Source of the DNA: Octopus sinensis
Lineage: Eukaryota
Length of the DNA stretch: 64,000 bases
Assembly: GCF_006345805.1 (NCBI RefSeq)
Contig: NC_042997.1
Coordinates: 11,284,001-11,348,000 of the forward strand
Reading direction: 5' to 3'
Made by a program: the position numbers and the translations under genes. Of the stretch, positions 1-47,602 are shown in pieces. A model generated the notes under the pieces. It was not told where the DNA came from and searched no databases. It saw nothing but the letters and a program-made list of their open reading frames with translations. How positions within the stretch are numbered: position 1 is the first letter of the stretch; each line of letters opens with the position of its first letter.

Positions 1-20
1 AAATTGGTGCTGTTCTTTAA

Positions 21-2504
21 CCCTTTCATTATTATATTTCTGACCAAAAAACATCCCTCATGAGTTTCAATTAAATTCTAAAATAATCATGAATTTAGAC
101 TAGTTTCATTAAACAACTATAACTTTTTTACTTATCAACATATTAATGTGATATTTGGAACATAATTGACGAAAGGGTTCTTAATCAATTCCATTGCATA
201 ATTTTTGTCTCAAAGTGACTAATTACAGGTAAATCCAGGTAAACTGAGCAAAAGGTAAAAAATATTAAAATTTTGTTTAAACATTACCATAGAAAATCAA
301 TCCTCAGCTAATATTTGAGGTATGCAACAAAATTTTGATATAGAAGAATTGTGCACATCACTAGATTATCAGTTGAATTTAATGCACAGAACAGGTGTAC
401 CATAAAGGTAAAATAAACTGAAATATTAGAATTTGTTTTTGAAGAAAACTAGAAAATTAAAGACAACTGAATGAAATATACTCGCACACATACATGAATA
501 CACAGGAACATATATAATAAAGATTTACAATAGAAATTAAATCAAAACTTGTCATTCACCTTACAGGCAAATTAAAAAGTTAAAACTAAGTAAATTTGAA
601 AAATATTTATACAATCTAATTATACATATATACAAACAATATTTACATTATATTTCTATCATGGAAAGTTGTAAAACATCCCACTCTACATACTGCAACC
701 TTGCGGAATCCACATTGGAAGGATGTTTCAACTGGCCGTCCACTGGGAGTTTTTCTTTTTTGATGTACACATTCACGGCACTGCCTTTTGCGACACCCGA
801 TTTTTTTCTAATTTATGTAGATCGGCTGAACTCGGAGGAATATCTCTGGCAGGCTTTGCTTTTCATTCCTGCAGTTATTTATTTTGAGGAATATCCTGCC
901 CGGAACTGCAGATGGTCGCACCGCTTACGAACCCCTCCTGATTTGGTATATAATATAAATGCATTTACAATGCTCATGTTTATTATATACCAAACCAGGT
1001 ATCGCCACCATTTATTACCCGGTCTACCAACCGGATAATAACTCATCATCTGGTTCAGCCAATCCACACCGCCCATGTACTTGTTATAATCAAGGTTCAC
1101 AAACGGAGTGCCATTTTCATCTACACATGGTTGTGCACTGGTAGATAGAAAATTTATCTGCCTCTTATCTCTGTATCCAGTCGCTAGCAGATTTTCTTTC
1201 TGCCATTGGATTATTTCACCTCTTTTTTTTAATTTTGCTTTTTTTATATCCAACGGCAGCCCCTTTTCTACTAGCAATTACTGTAGAACACGTATACGTT
1301 GCCACAGCTTCTAAATCCTCCGCAAGTTTGACCGAATTGAAAAATCAGTCAAAAAATAATATATGGCCCTGGTTATGGTATGGAAGTGATAAATTCCAGA
1401 CCACATCGTACCCTAGGCCATGCTGACTTACATAATTGTCTCTTTTCCCTGTATAGAAGTTAAATCCACAGCAGTACCCACTATTTGCTTCACATATTTT
1501 CCAAACTTTGATCCATTTTGTGGGCTTTCCTGGCATATACTGCCGAAAACGTACTCGGCTTTTATAGCCCACCATACCCTCATCGATAGATAAATACGTT
1601 CCAGGGTTGTAAAATTTTTTGTAGGCATTTTGAACACCATCAATGAGGGGTCTTATTTTAAATAAGGGATCAAAGTTTGGTTCTCCATGTACGGGGGTAC
1701 TGCTAGTGTCTCTCACATGTAAATACTGGCTCAGTTTTACAAATCGTATTCGGGTCATAATACTGGAAACAATGATCCCCAAAAAGTTCCCGATTGCTCC
1801 AGTAATTCGTAATTCTGGGCAATTACCTTATGCCCATAATATTTATGGCAAAAAAATGCCCGCATTTCTTCTACGGTTGTTGGGTACCACAAGCTATCTT
1901 TTTTTCAAGCTTGTTTACTTTCTGCATAACGGTTTGTCTCTGCAGTTATAGCTTCAAACAAGCATACAGGAAAAAAAAAAAATTCTATTGGTCTCGCTGC
2001 CTGAGAAAGACTATGGGTAGACCCCGTCTCCTCAGAAAAATCGTTAATCGACCCTTTTTTTAAATTGTTATTCCATTCTGGTGTAAATTTATCCTTGTTT
2101 GTGTCGCTGCTTTCAGTTTCTGATGAATCGCTTTCGGATACTGAAATATCCAATTCAAATTCATCCACCACATTCTTCTCCTTGAAATCTCCATATCTTC
2201 TGTTGAAAAACCTTCAAATTCAGAGTCACTGCTTGATAGCATAAAACTGCTCTCCATTTTGAAAGTTGAAAAAAATTTCCGTTGATAAAAACATGGAAAA
2301 AAATTTCCAAAAATTCGCAGAGTTCAAATATGCCAAACAATGTCGGATACAATAACTCAACTGTTAGCAAAGTGAAATCACGTGTTTTAACGAGTGTACC
2401 AATGAGATTTGGGTTCAAATTTACATTTAGATAACAATAGCTTCTCATGGCCAGCTTAGTAACATAAACCAAAAAATTTTACGGCCAGGTTAGTAATGAA
2501 AGGG
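21..2504 (-). mobile_element. Full-length but defective piggyBac DNA transposon
   Basis: TTAA at 17-20 and 2505-2508; 14-bp TIRs CCCTTTCATTATTA / TAGTAATGAAAGGG (1 mismatch); encloses transposase remnants on the minus strand. Confidence 0.93.
643..2257 (-). pseudogene. piggyBac (PGBD4-like, DDE_Tnp_1_7) transposase pseudogene
   Basis: ORF pieces 2060-2257, 1905-2171, 1345-1782, 879-1277 give DPLFKIRPLI, LSIDEGM, YMPGKPTK, ILFFD, YNKYMGGVD, KWWRYL. C-terminal Cys-rich domain CRECVHQ...TSFQCGFRKVAVCRVGCFTTFH ends at TAA 643-645. Several frameshifts and stops, including TGA right after the second catalytic D. Confidence 0.93.
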
Positions 2505-2654
2505 TTAAGCACCAATTTATAAAATGAAGCCAAAATCTGACAACTCAGATATTACAGGGAGTAAAATTTTTAAAAATGTTATCTTGAGTAGATTGGTAAC
2601 CTAGACGAGAATTTTCTGGTGGTTTCAAGCAGGTTGGTAAAGAAAGGGTTGAAT

Positions 2655-2889
2655 CAGTGGTTCTAAACCATTTTCTAACCTACAGACCCCTTTGATTACT
2701 ATTTTATTCTGGTGGACTCCCATAGCCATTCAACGTTTAAAAACTAATTTTATAGAAACTATCAAAATTCATATTTTGTGTAGGTTAGATGTTTCATGCA
2801 ATACATCTAAAGCAAACTTTTTTTCAAGGGCCATATTGTGGATCCCTAAGTTACTATTTTGTTATATAGATCCTAGTTGAGAACTACTG
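2655..2889. mobile_element. hAT-type MITE
   Basis: Termini CAGTGGTTCT... / ...AGAACTACTG; 8-bp TSD GGTTGAAT / GGTTAAAT (1 mismatch). Confidence 0.75.
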
Positions 2890-3094
2890 GGTTAAATGGA
2901 AAATATTAAGGTAAAGGTATTTTGATTCTTTATTCTAAATATTTACAGAAAAATTAAAACAAAACAAAATGAGTGTTTTACGTTATTTCACTCAATATAC
3001 AACTGATAAAAGTTATGTAATGATTGGAAATTTTGAATAACTCTAAAATTAAAATAAATTTACACGATATAAATTGATATTCAATTGAAATGAT

Positions 3095-37292
<34,198 letters not shown>

Positions 37293-37700
37293 CTGGAAAT
37301 TTGTTGACCAAAGAAGAAGTTTATTGGAATTATATGGAAAAACAAAATGAATTTAAGAAAGAAAGGATCTTTTCAGTTTGAACGGCAGTTTTTAACATAA
37401 TTTCTAGATAACTAAAAAATTTTAAACTTCGTATACTGATAGAACGTGTTTATAAAACATCTTTTTCTCTTGGCTTTATTGAGAAAATTCTATAGTTTGT
37501 AAGATATTTGTTTTTTTTTCTTCAATTTCTGCAATTTCAACCAATCACTGACGTCTATTGAGGTAAAAAAAAACATTCTGTGCCATATGAATATGTCGCT
37601 CGTTTAAGAAACAGATGTTTATTTACATTTGTGAAGATAAAAGATACACCACATGGGTTGGAGTTCAGTCCCACTGCATGACACTTTGGAAAAGTGCCTT

Positions 37701-37748
<48 letters not shown>

Positions 37749-38312
37749 CGTGTGTGTGCGTGTGCGTGTGTACCATCATACCTACCACTTGACAAGTGGT
37801 GCTGGTGTGGTTATGTCCCTATGTCAGAATAAGTACCAGGTTAAAAAAAAATAGCAGACGGGTTGCAGCATTTGACAAAAAATTGTTCGATGTGGTGCAG
37901 TTTAATGACTTAAGTTTAATGACTTAAGCAAGTCAAGGATAATTCTAGTTCTGAATTTGCTATTTTTTAAAATTTTAAATTACATATACATGCAGAGAAA
38001 GGAATTTGTCCTTGACAACAGAACTCGCATAAAATTTACACTTAAACTTCAGTATGATTATAGGACACATTGACATACGAAGTCTCTCATGATCTCTCAA
38101 CATGCTAGAAATAATAACCGGGTAATAAATTAAGGGCGAAACTAACAGAAGTATTTTAAAAAAGTGGAAACAGAAAATACAAGTGCAAGTATGGTTGCAT
38201 AGTTAAGGCTGCTTAATTTTAAACACCTAAGTGAAAACCAAAGGGTATTGAGACTGGGTCAATGATAGTCAAGAATTTCTTTTGTTGTACTATAAGAACT
38301 AACTTTTTCATT

Positions 38313-41300
38313 GAGAGAGAGAGAGACAGAGACAGAGAGAGAGATAGAGACAGAGACAGAGAGAGAGATAGAGACAGAGAGAGAGATAGAGACAGAGACA
38401 GAGAGAGAGATAGAGATAGAGACAGAGACAGAGAGAGAGATAGAGACAGAGACAGAGACAGAGATAGAGACAGAGACAGAGACAGAGAGAGAGATAGAGA
38501 CAGAGACAGAGACAGAGAGAGAGAGAGACAGAGACAGAGAGAGAGATAGAGACACAGAGACAGAGAGAGAGATAGAGACAGAGAGAGAGATAGAGACAGA
38601 GACAGAGAGAGAGATAGAGATAGAGACAGAGACAGAGAGAGAGATAGAGACAGAGACAGAGATAGAGACAGAGACAGAGACAGAGACAGAGAGAGAGATA
38701 GAGACAGAGACAGAGAGAGAGATAGAGACAGAGACAGAGAGAGAGATAGAGACAGAGACAGAGAGAGAGATAGAGACAGAGACAGAGACAGAGACAGAGA
38801 GAGAGATAGAGACAGAGACAGAGAGAGAGATAGAGACAGAGACAGAGACAGAGATAGAGACAGAGACAGAGATAGAGACAGAGATAGAGACACAGAGAGA
38901 GAGACACAGAGAGAGAGACACAGAGAGAGAGACACAGAGAGAGAGACACAGAGAGAGAGACACAGAGAGAGAGACACAGAGAGAGAGACACAGAGAGAGA
39001 GACACAGAGAGAGAGACACAGAGAGAGAGACACAGAGAGAGAAACACAGAGAGAGAGACACAGAGAGAGAGAGACACAGAGAGAGAGACACAGAGAGAGA
39101 GAGACAGAGACAGAGAGAGAGACACACAGAGAGAGAGACACAGAGAGAGAGACACAGAGATAGAGAGACACAGAGATAGAGAGACACAGAGACACAGAGA
39201 TAGAGAGACACAGAGACACAGAGATAGAGAGACACAGAGACACAGAGATAGAGAGACACAGAGACACAGAGATAGAGACACAGAGATAGAGAGACACAGA
39301 GACACAGAGACAGAGACACAGAGACACAGAGACACAGAGACACAGAGACACAGAGACACAGAGACACAGAGACACAGAGACACAGAGACACAGAGACACA
39401 GAGACACAGAGACACAGAGACACAGAGATAGAGACACAGAGATAGAGACACAGAGATAGAGACACAGAGATAGAGACACAGAGATAGAGACACAGAGATA
39501 GAGACACAGAGATAGAGACACAGAGATAGAGACACAGAGATAGAGACACAGAGATAGAGACACAGAGATAGAGACACAGAGATAGAGACACAGAGATAGA
39601 GACAGAGAGAGAGACACAGACAGAGAGACACAGAGACACAGAGACAAAGACACAGAGACAAAGACACAGAGACACAGAGACAGAGACACAGAGACAGAGA
39701 CACAGAGACAGAGACACAGAGACAGAGACACAGACACAGAGACACAGAGAGACAGAGAGACGAGATACAGAGACACGGAGATACAGAGACACGGAGATAC
39801 AGAGACACGGAGATACAGAGACACGGAGATACAGAGACACGGAGATACAGAGACACAGAGATACAGAGACAACGGAGATACAGAGACACGGAGATACAGA
39901 GACACGAGACACAGAGAGACGGAGATACAGAGACACGGAGATACAGAGACACGGAGATACAGAGACACGGAGATACAGAGACACGGAGATACAGAGACAC
40001 GGAGATACAGAGACACGGAGATACAGAGACACGGAGATACAGAGACACGGAGATACAGAGACACGGAGATACAGAGACACGGAGATACAGAGACACGGAG
40101 ATACAGAGACACGGAGATACAGAGACACGGAGATACAGAGACACGGAGATACAGAGACACGGAGATACAGAGACACGGAGACAGAGACACGGAGACAGAG
40201 AGACAGAGACAGAGACAGACAGACAGAGAGAGACAGAGACACAGACAGAGAGAGAGACAGAGACACGGAGACAGACAGAGAGAGACAGAGACACGGAGAC
40301 AGACAGAGAGAGGCAGAGACACGGAGACAGACAGAGAGAGGCAGAGACACGGAGACAGACAGAGAGAGGCAGAGACACGGAGACAGACAGAGAGAGGCAG
40401 AGACACGGAGACAGACAGAGAGAGGCAGAGACACGGAGACAGACAGAGAGAGGCAGAGACACGGAGACAGAGAGAGAGGCAGAGACACGGAGACAGAGAG
40501 AGAGGCAGAGACACGGAGAGAGACAGAGAGAGAGGCAGAGACACGGAGACAGACAGAGAGAGGCAGAGACACGGAGACAGAGAGAGGCAGAGACACGGAG
40601 ACAGAGAGAGGCAGAGACACGGAGACAGAGAGAGGCAGAGACACGGAGACAGAGAGAGGCAGAGACACGGAGACAGAGAGAGGCAGAGACACGGAGACAG
40701 AGAGAGGCAGAGACACGGAGACAGAGAGAGGCAGAGACACGGAGACAGACAGAGGCAGAGACACGGAGACAGAGAGAGGCAGAGACACGGAGACAGAGAG
40801 AGGCAGAGACACGGAGACAGAGAGAGGCAGAGACACGGAGACAGAGAGAGGCAGAGACAGAGAGACACGGAGACAGAGAGACAGAGAGACAGAGGGAGAG
40901 AGACAGAGAGAGAGAGGGAGACAGAGAGAGGCAGAGACACGGAGGCAGAGACACGGAGACAGACAGACAGAGACACGGAGACAGACAGACAGAGACACGG
41001 AGACAGACAGACAGAGACACGGAGACAGACAGACAGAGACACGGAGACAGACAGACAGAGACACGGAGACAGACAGAGACAGAGGGAGAGAGAGAGAGAC
41101 AGACAGAGACACGGAGACAGACAGACAGAGGGAGAGAGAGAGAGACAGACAGAGACAGAGGGAGAGAAAGAGACAGAGGGAGAGAGATACAGAGAGACAG
41201 AGGGAGAGAGAGAGAGAGACACAGACAGAGACAGAGACAGAGAGAGAGACAGACAGAGAGAGAGAGGGAGACAGAGACAGACAGAGAGAGAGAGGGAGAC

Positions 41301-41415
41301 AGACAGACGAGAGAGAGAGGGAGAGAGAGAGGGAGAGAGAGAGGGGGAGAGAGACAGAGGGGGAGAGACAGAGGGAGAGAGACAGAGAGACAGAGGGGGA
41401 GAGACAGAGAGACAC

Positions 41416-41493
<78 letters not shown>
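38313..41493. repeat. 3.2-kb compound AG-rich micro/minisatellite
   Basis: Successive blocks of 6-, 12-, 8-, 14-, 16-, 28-, 24- and 22-bp units built from GA/CA/TA; the long ORFs here are repeat artefacts. Confidence 0.97.
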
Positions 41494-41495
<2 letters not shown>

Positions 41496-43497
41496 CGCGC
41501 AGACACAAACACAGGCAAAGAGAAGAACAAAGAGAAGAACAAAGAGGACATAGAGAAGGACAAACTTCAGTGGTAAGACAAACAGACCGTTGGCCTATTT
41601 TATTTCACTAATGTTATTAATAGCTTTTACTTTGAGACGTCAGACTTTTACGTCAGACTCTGCAAAGGTCGACAATGAAAGACAACCATCGTAGATAACT
41701 AGAAACTTTGTTAAGTTTGACACCCGATCGATCAGTTAAAGTTGCATTCCTTAACATGTGCCTCTATTTTCTGTATCCATCTAGTTATAAATCTGAAACC
41801 TCATGTCTATTATTAGAAATCGATCAACCATCGAGACAAATTATTTGAAACAGATTTGAGATGGCATCTTTGAAAATAAGCCATAATACTATTCGCTGAA
41901 CCCAAACATGGCAATTAAGTAAAATACCCCGTATTATCAGCAACAAAAAGACAAAGATTAAAACAGCAAATTCTACGCAAAGAATTTATCGAACTGACTA
42001 ATTTCTGCTACGCTATTTTTTCCTACGACTCCAGATTGATATCCTCATAAGTATAGACCTTGTCTCTTAAATTGAGATCATGCATCAACAATAACAGTAC
42101 TTAATGGTTTCTCGGTTATTTATAGGCATAAATTTACCCCTCCCTCACACCGATTATTTTTTTCTTCAGATCTTTCAGAGACAAACATTTTCTCGTGAAA
42201 TTTTCAAAATACCTTTCGAATGGTGTAGAATTTAATTAAATCGAAATTCAATGAGACATTAAAAAAAATAAAACCTGGTAAGCGCACACACATACTGATA
42301 TATTGGATGGCCCAAAAAGTACGTTTAAAGTTATTCAGCCTCTTTCGCATTCATATTTTAACATTTTGTATCTTAATTACAAAAAAAGTATGAAACCATA
42401 CTGTAATTTAGTTAACTGTAAGATAGAAATTTAAATGTAATAAAATGTTATGAAAGGAATTTAAACTGCCTACGTTATAACTGTAAACCTACTTTTGGAC
42501 CACACTGTATATCTACAGAAGTACAATGATTTTAACCCATAAAGCACTGGTATTTGCAGTTACATACCATGGACTGCTGAGAACATTTTATGAAAATAAG
42601 ACTACCATGCACACACAAAAAAAATAGCTAAAGTATCTTAGTATATAGGTGCAGGAGTGGCTGTGTGCTAAGTAGCTTGCTTATCAACCACACGGTTCCG
42701 GGTTCAGTCCCACTACGTGGCACCTTGGGCGAGTGTCTTCTACTATAGCCTCGGGCCAACCAAAGCCTTGTGAGTGGATTTGGTAGATGGAAACTGAAAG
42801 AAGCCCGCCGTGTATATATATATATTTGACAACCGATGCTGGTGTGTTTACATCCCCGTAACTTAGCCCGATAGAATAAGTACTAGGCTTACAAAGAATA
42901 AGTCCTGGGGTCGATTTGCTCGACTAAAGGCGGTGCTCCAGCATGGCCACAGTCAAATGACTGAAGCACGTAAAAGAGTAAAAGAGAGTATGCGTGTCCG
43001 TGTGTATGTGCGCGCGCCCACCAAATTTTTCTTTTATTTCATTAAATTCCGATATAATCATAATCTACGCAATGTGAAAGGTATTACTTGTTTCTGTCAG
43101 ACTTGCCATGCTGGAGCACCACCTTGAAGGATTTTTAGTCGACTGAATCGACCCCACTACTACTTTTTAAACCTGGTACTTATTCTATCGGTCTCTTGTC
43201 AAACCGCTAGGTCACGGGGACGTAAACACACCAACACTGGTTGTCAAGCAATGGCGGGGGACAAACAGTCACAAAGACACACACAAGGCTTTGGTCAGCA
43301 CGAAGCTATAGTAGAAGGCACTTGTCCAAGGTGCCACACAGGAGTGAACCTAGAACCACGTCGTTGAGAAGCAAACTTCTTACCGCACGACCACACCTGC
43401 GCCTATTCGTAGAAAATTAAGCAATGCCAATTTTTGGAAAGTTAAATCTAGTCAGAGGTTGGGGTCACACTTGTATATGTTTGCCTTTTATTAAATA

Positions 43498-43889
43498 CTA
43501 GCAGTATCGCCCGGCGTTGCTCGGGTTTGTAAGGGAAATAACTATAAAGCATTTTTAGAGAGTTATAGCCAAAGCATTTTTAGAGTTATAGCCAAAAAAT
43601 GGAAAAAAAATGGTAATTTTTTTTTTTAGTTAAAAAGGTCGAGTTGCGTCCCCATGACAGTCTGTGGTTTGTGTTTCTTATTCTCGACCCCATGTCGAAT
43701 TTATCGATTTTTTTCAGAACTGGGGGAACTTTTCAAAATTTTCGCTGCGTTAGTTTTGAATTATGACATTGGGCTATGTGTGTGTCAAGTTTCATCAGAA
43801 TCGGTTGAAAGCCGTGGTCAGGGTGAGGGTACAACCTAACAGACACACAGAAACACACACAGACAAACTGCCTTTTATATATAGAGAGA
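43498..43889 (-). mobile_element. Non-autonomous Helitron
   Basis: Minus strand A|TC start, hairpin CCCGAGCAACGCCGGG, CTAG|T end; 3' ~60 bp shared with 7999-8383 and 44475-44868 but different body. Confidence 0.75.
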
Positions 43890-44473
43890 TTAACAGTTTA
43901 AGAAAAATCCTTCGTTCGGATTTTGCAAGAGCTTATTTTCAGGTTAGGGTTTAATTTTAGTGAAAATGCTACGGCAAGGAAGGATAAGCACGCATACATT
44001 TAGAAAAAAAGCCAAAATACAAAATTAAGGAAGAACAATTTCTCACCTTCGACGTTACAGTTTCGGAGGATTGCCTAAAATAAAAATTAAAATTAATGAG
44101 ATGGTTTTTTTTCCTGTCAATTTAAAAACCGAGCCATCTTTCATTAGTAGATATTTGTTAAAGAAGGAATACAGTAATACCTCGTCATATCGCGGTTCAC
44201 CTATCGCGCATTCTGAACTTCGCGGTTCACCTATCGGGCACTCAGCACCTCGCGCATTTTTCTGGCTTCATATGTAAATTTATATTGCGGATCCCACAGT
44301 ATATAGCAGGTAACAGTACCATCAGTTAAATACTGAGAATGATAGAATTCAGGTACGATTTGAACTCAAAATACAGAAGGTCGAACCTAATGACTATAGG
44401 GTATTTATTTAGCCCAGCTAACCTTATTATTTCCCCAATGACTAATATATCATTAACATAGGTTTTGAAGCCG

Positions 44474-44474
<1 letters not shown>

Positions 44475-44519
<45 letters not shown>

Positions 44520-44868
44520 GAAGTTGTGTGAGTGTCTGTCTCTTACGATTTAGATTCCTAACTACTCCCACATTTTGCGGTGCAGTTTAACCAAAACCGG
44601 GTATCTAATAGTCGTCATTCATATCGAGCCCTTCTGGGTATTAGCGTGCGTCAACGATGAGTCTACGATTTTTTCAAAAATTTACCATCATTTTTTCCAT
44701 TTTAATGCATTTTTTCGCTATTATATAAGGGAAGTAACTCTAAAAATGTCTACGATCAGTCAACCATTTTTAATGCATTGTTTTGGTATTTTGGGGCTAT
44801 AACTCTCTAATAATGCTTATATAGTTATTTCCCTTACAAACCATAGCAACGCCGGGCGATACTGCTAG
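44475..44868 (+). mobile_element. Non-autonomous Helitron
   Basis: Collinear with 7999-8383; ends GCAACGCCGGGCGATACTGCTAG|T. Confidence 0.75.
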
Positions 44869-45753
44869 TTATATAATAATAATCCTTTCTACAGTAAGCA
44901 CAAGGCCTGGAATTTTTGGGGAGGGGTTAAGATGATTACATCAACCCCAGTGTTTCATTATTACTTAATTTTTCGACGAAAGGTAAATTGACCTTAGTGG
45001 AATTTGAACTCAGAACATAGCAACGAGCAAAACACCGAAGCATTCCGTCCAGCCTACTAATGATTCTGCCAGCTCACCGCTTTGTAGTAGTAGTAGTAAT
45101 AATTTTGTCGCAAGGGCAGCAATTTTTTGGGAGGGTATAAATCGATTACATCGACCCCATTTGAGTGCTATTGTATTTTCATAATTAAATATTAGTACTT
45201 AAATGAATATTGTTAAAATATTTTATGTATAGTGGACGTATAACCAATTTATTGCACAAACTTCAGTCTGAAACAGTTTTTCCATGGCCAATGAAAAATT
45301 ATCGTGGATCCCCAATTTACTATACTGCATCCGTGGACCCCACAAAATCTTATGTGGACCCTGGCTGAGAGCCCCTGCAGTACGGTGTCAGTATGACGAG
45401 ATGATATTCACGATTTTTTGGTGTAGCCACTTTATGTCATAAGGCAAGGCTGTGTGGGTGAATAATGTCGCCTAGTTTTATATGTATATGAAATTGCAAG
45501 CACTTCATAAATACACTGGACAATATCAACATCTGCCTATTCTATAATTATTACGTCTGCCGTTACGCTCTGAGTTCAAATTCCGCCGAGGTCGACTCGA
45601 GGTCGGCAAATAAAGTATACCAGTTACGCACTGGGGTCGATGTAATCGACTTAATCCCTTTGTCTGTCCTTCTTTGTCCCCTCTATGTTTAGCCCCTTGT
45701 GGGCAATAAAGAAATATATTCTATAATTATAGCAGAAAGCCTAAAGAGGAACG

Positions 45754-46037
45754 GGCGATCTTTCGGTACTAGATACATAGCTGTCACTTATAAACCCGTG
45801 TGGGTTTATTTACATTTCTGAAGAAAAAAGAAACCGTTCCCCTAACCCTACCCCCCCTATATATATATATGGGGGGGGGGGGGTTAGGGTTAGGGGAACG
45901 GTTTCTTTTTTCTTCAGAAATGTATATGTGGGGGGGGGGGTAGGGTTAGGGGAACGGTTTCTTTTTTCTTCAGAAATGTAAATAAACCCACACGGGTTTA
46001 TAAGTGACAGCTATGTATCTTGTACCGAAAGATCGCC
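45754..46037. mobile_element. Fold-back (near-perfect palindrome) MITE with GGCGATCTTTCGG termini
   Basis: ~105-bp arms differing by one base; centre with C-run, (TA)n, G-runs and a duplicated arm segment. Confidence 0.8.
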
Positions 46038-47098
46038 TTGATTATCTGCTATAATAATACTCTTGTGTTTTTCCCCCATCACAGCATATGAATGAGAAAG
46101 GAAGAAGTGATAGATGAATAAGGAAGGAGGGAGTGATGACAAACTAGTAGTGGGATGATGGAAATTCTACGGTAAAAAAAAAAAAAAAAAAAAAAAAAGA
46201 AAAAGATCAGCGTTTCAACTGTGAGTTAATTGTGTGTATGTAAAAGGCAAGTGTCTGTCTGTAATGGACGCGAGATGGTGAACATTCAACGCTGAAAAGA
46301 ACTGAGAGTATGTGTGTGCGTGTTCAAAAGAAGTATGTGAAAGCATGTGTGAACTAGCGTTCTTTCACTAACAAACGATTATCGATGTCACATCTCAGAC
46401 AACCACTAGATAACATTGACAAGTGTATTGATTTACCATCCATATTCTGTTTTATTAAAAATAATTACAATCACACACCTACACAAACATACACATCTCA
46501 TCAGAGAAAATATTTATTGCCTGAGCGTATCAAGAATATAAAACGACTGCAGTTGAAAAGTATAGTATAAATTTGGTAATAAAAGAATTATTCAACTAAA
46601 AACTTGGTTTTGTACCTTACTTATAAAATACTACAATTAGCCATCATTTTTGACGGTACTGGGCTAGCTAATATATATGTATATATAAACACTAAGATGA
46701 TATCAACAAAAATAAGTAGAATAACATATGGTGTCGAATCTTTCTGAAAGGACCTGAAGGGTTCAAACGGGCATTAGAAAATAGAACAAATAACTATAAC
46801 AAGAATTTTGGCAAACTGCCAGAAGCTGCTCAAATATGCGTGGAATGAACTAATTATTACCAGCATTCAAAAACGTTAATAGGAACCCTTGGTTTTATCA
46901 AATATATAAGAAGTAACGTTATTCTTAGTTATTCTACGAAAAAACAAAAAAATAGTGGAGTGTCATTTTTCTTATATAAATTTCTTCAGATAAAAAATTT
47001 TTCTTGGTGTCACAGCTTGTAATGGGGAGTAGTAGTAATTGTTTCTGATATAGGGTACAGAAACAAAAATTTTGGTGAAAAGGAAAGCAGTTGAGTTC

Positions 47099-47330
47099 TT
47101 GTCATCGTTAGCGGCTCACTTTACAGAAGTGTCAGGTGATGCCAGTGAAGGTGCTTGGCTGTTCCAACGCCTTAGTCTCGCCATCGCTCGCGGTTATGCC
47201 GTGAGCGTGTTGGCTTGCTTCCGTTGAGCCTTGTAGGGTGCAACCGATTGAAGCGCTTAGTGCTGAATTGTTGTGGTTTTTTCTTTCGTTCATGATTGTT
47301 TTCTTCGGATTTGTATTTTAAGGTGGAATA
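47099..47330 (+). mobile_element. CRE-clade-like non-LTR retrotransposon 3' fragment
   Basis: 47099-47227 reads LAAHFTEVSGDASEGAWLFQRLSLAIARGYAVSVLACFR*, resembling the FQRLS.A..RG.A C-terminus of CRE elements. Confidence 0.6.
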
Positions 47331-47341
47331 CTTAGGTAATT

Positions 47342-47602
47342 TTAGAATTCTTACACTTTTGATCCATAGAGTATATTGGCCAAGATACTGGGGTATCTGG
47401 AAAATCCCTGGAGAAGGACATCATGCTCGGAATGGTCAGTGGTAAGAGGCCGACCAAGAACCCGCTGGCTTGACACCATCAAGAGTGACACGGGAATGGA
47501 CATAGCCAATCTGAAAGAAGCGACCCAGGATAGAACTGGCTGGAAGACACTGATCCATCGAGTAACCGAGAGTCGACTTCGACTGAGCGGATTGATAGAT
47601 AG
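47342..47602 (+). mobile_element. BovB/RTE-like LINE 3' fragment
   Basis: SLEKDIMLG...PRTRWLDTIKSDTG...QDRTGWKTLIHRVTESRLRL; (GATA)n tail; 12-bp TSD ACTTAGGTAATT (47330-47341, 47603-47614). Confidence 0.8.

Noticed and set aside
38079-38104. 26-nt candidate kinesin exon (tttctag / gtatgt) with ATG
   Set aside because: The ATG frame ends in phase 1 and hits a stop when joined to the phase-0 exon at 37292; other frames contain stops.
38219-41563. Very long ORFs (1114, 1066, 987, 382 aa)
   Set aside because: They translate the AG/CA satellite (SLSLSL, RERDRD); no stops arise because of base composition, and there is no splice or domain evidence.
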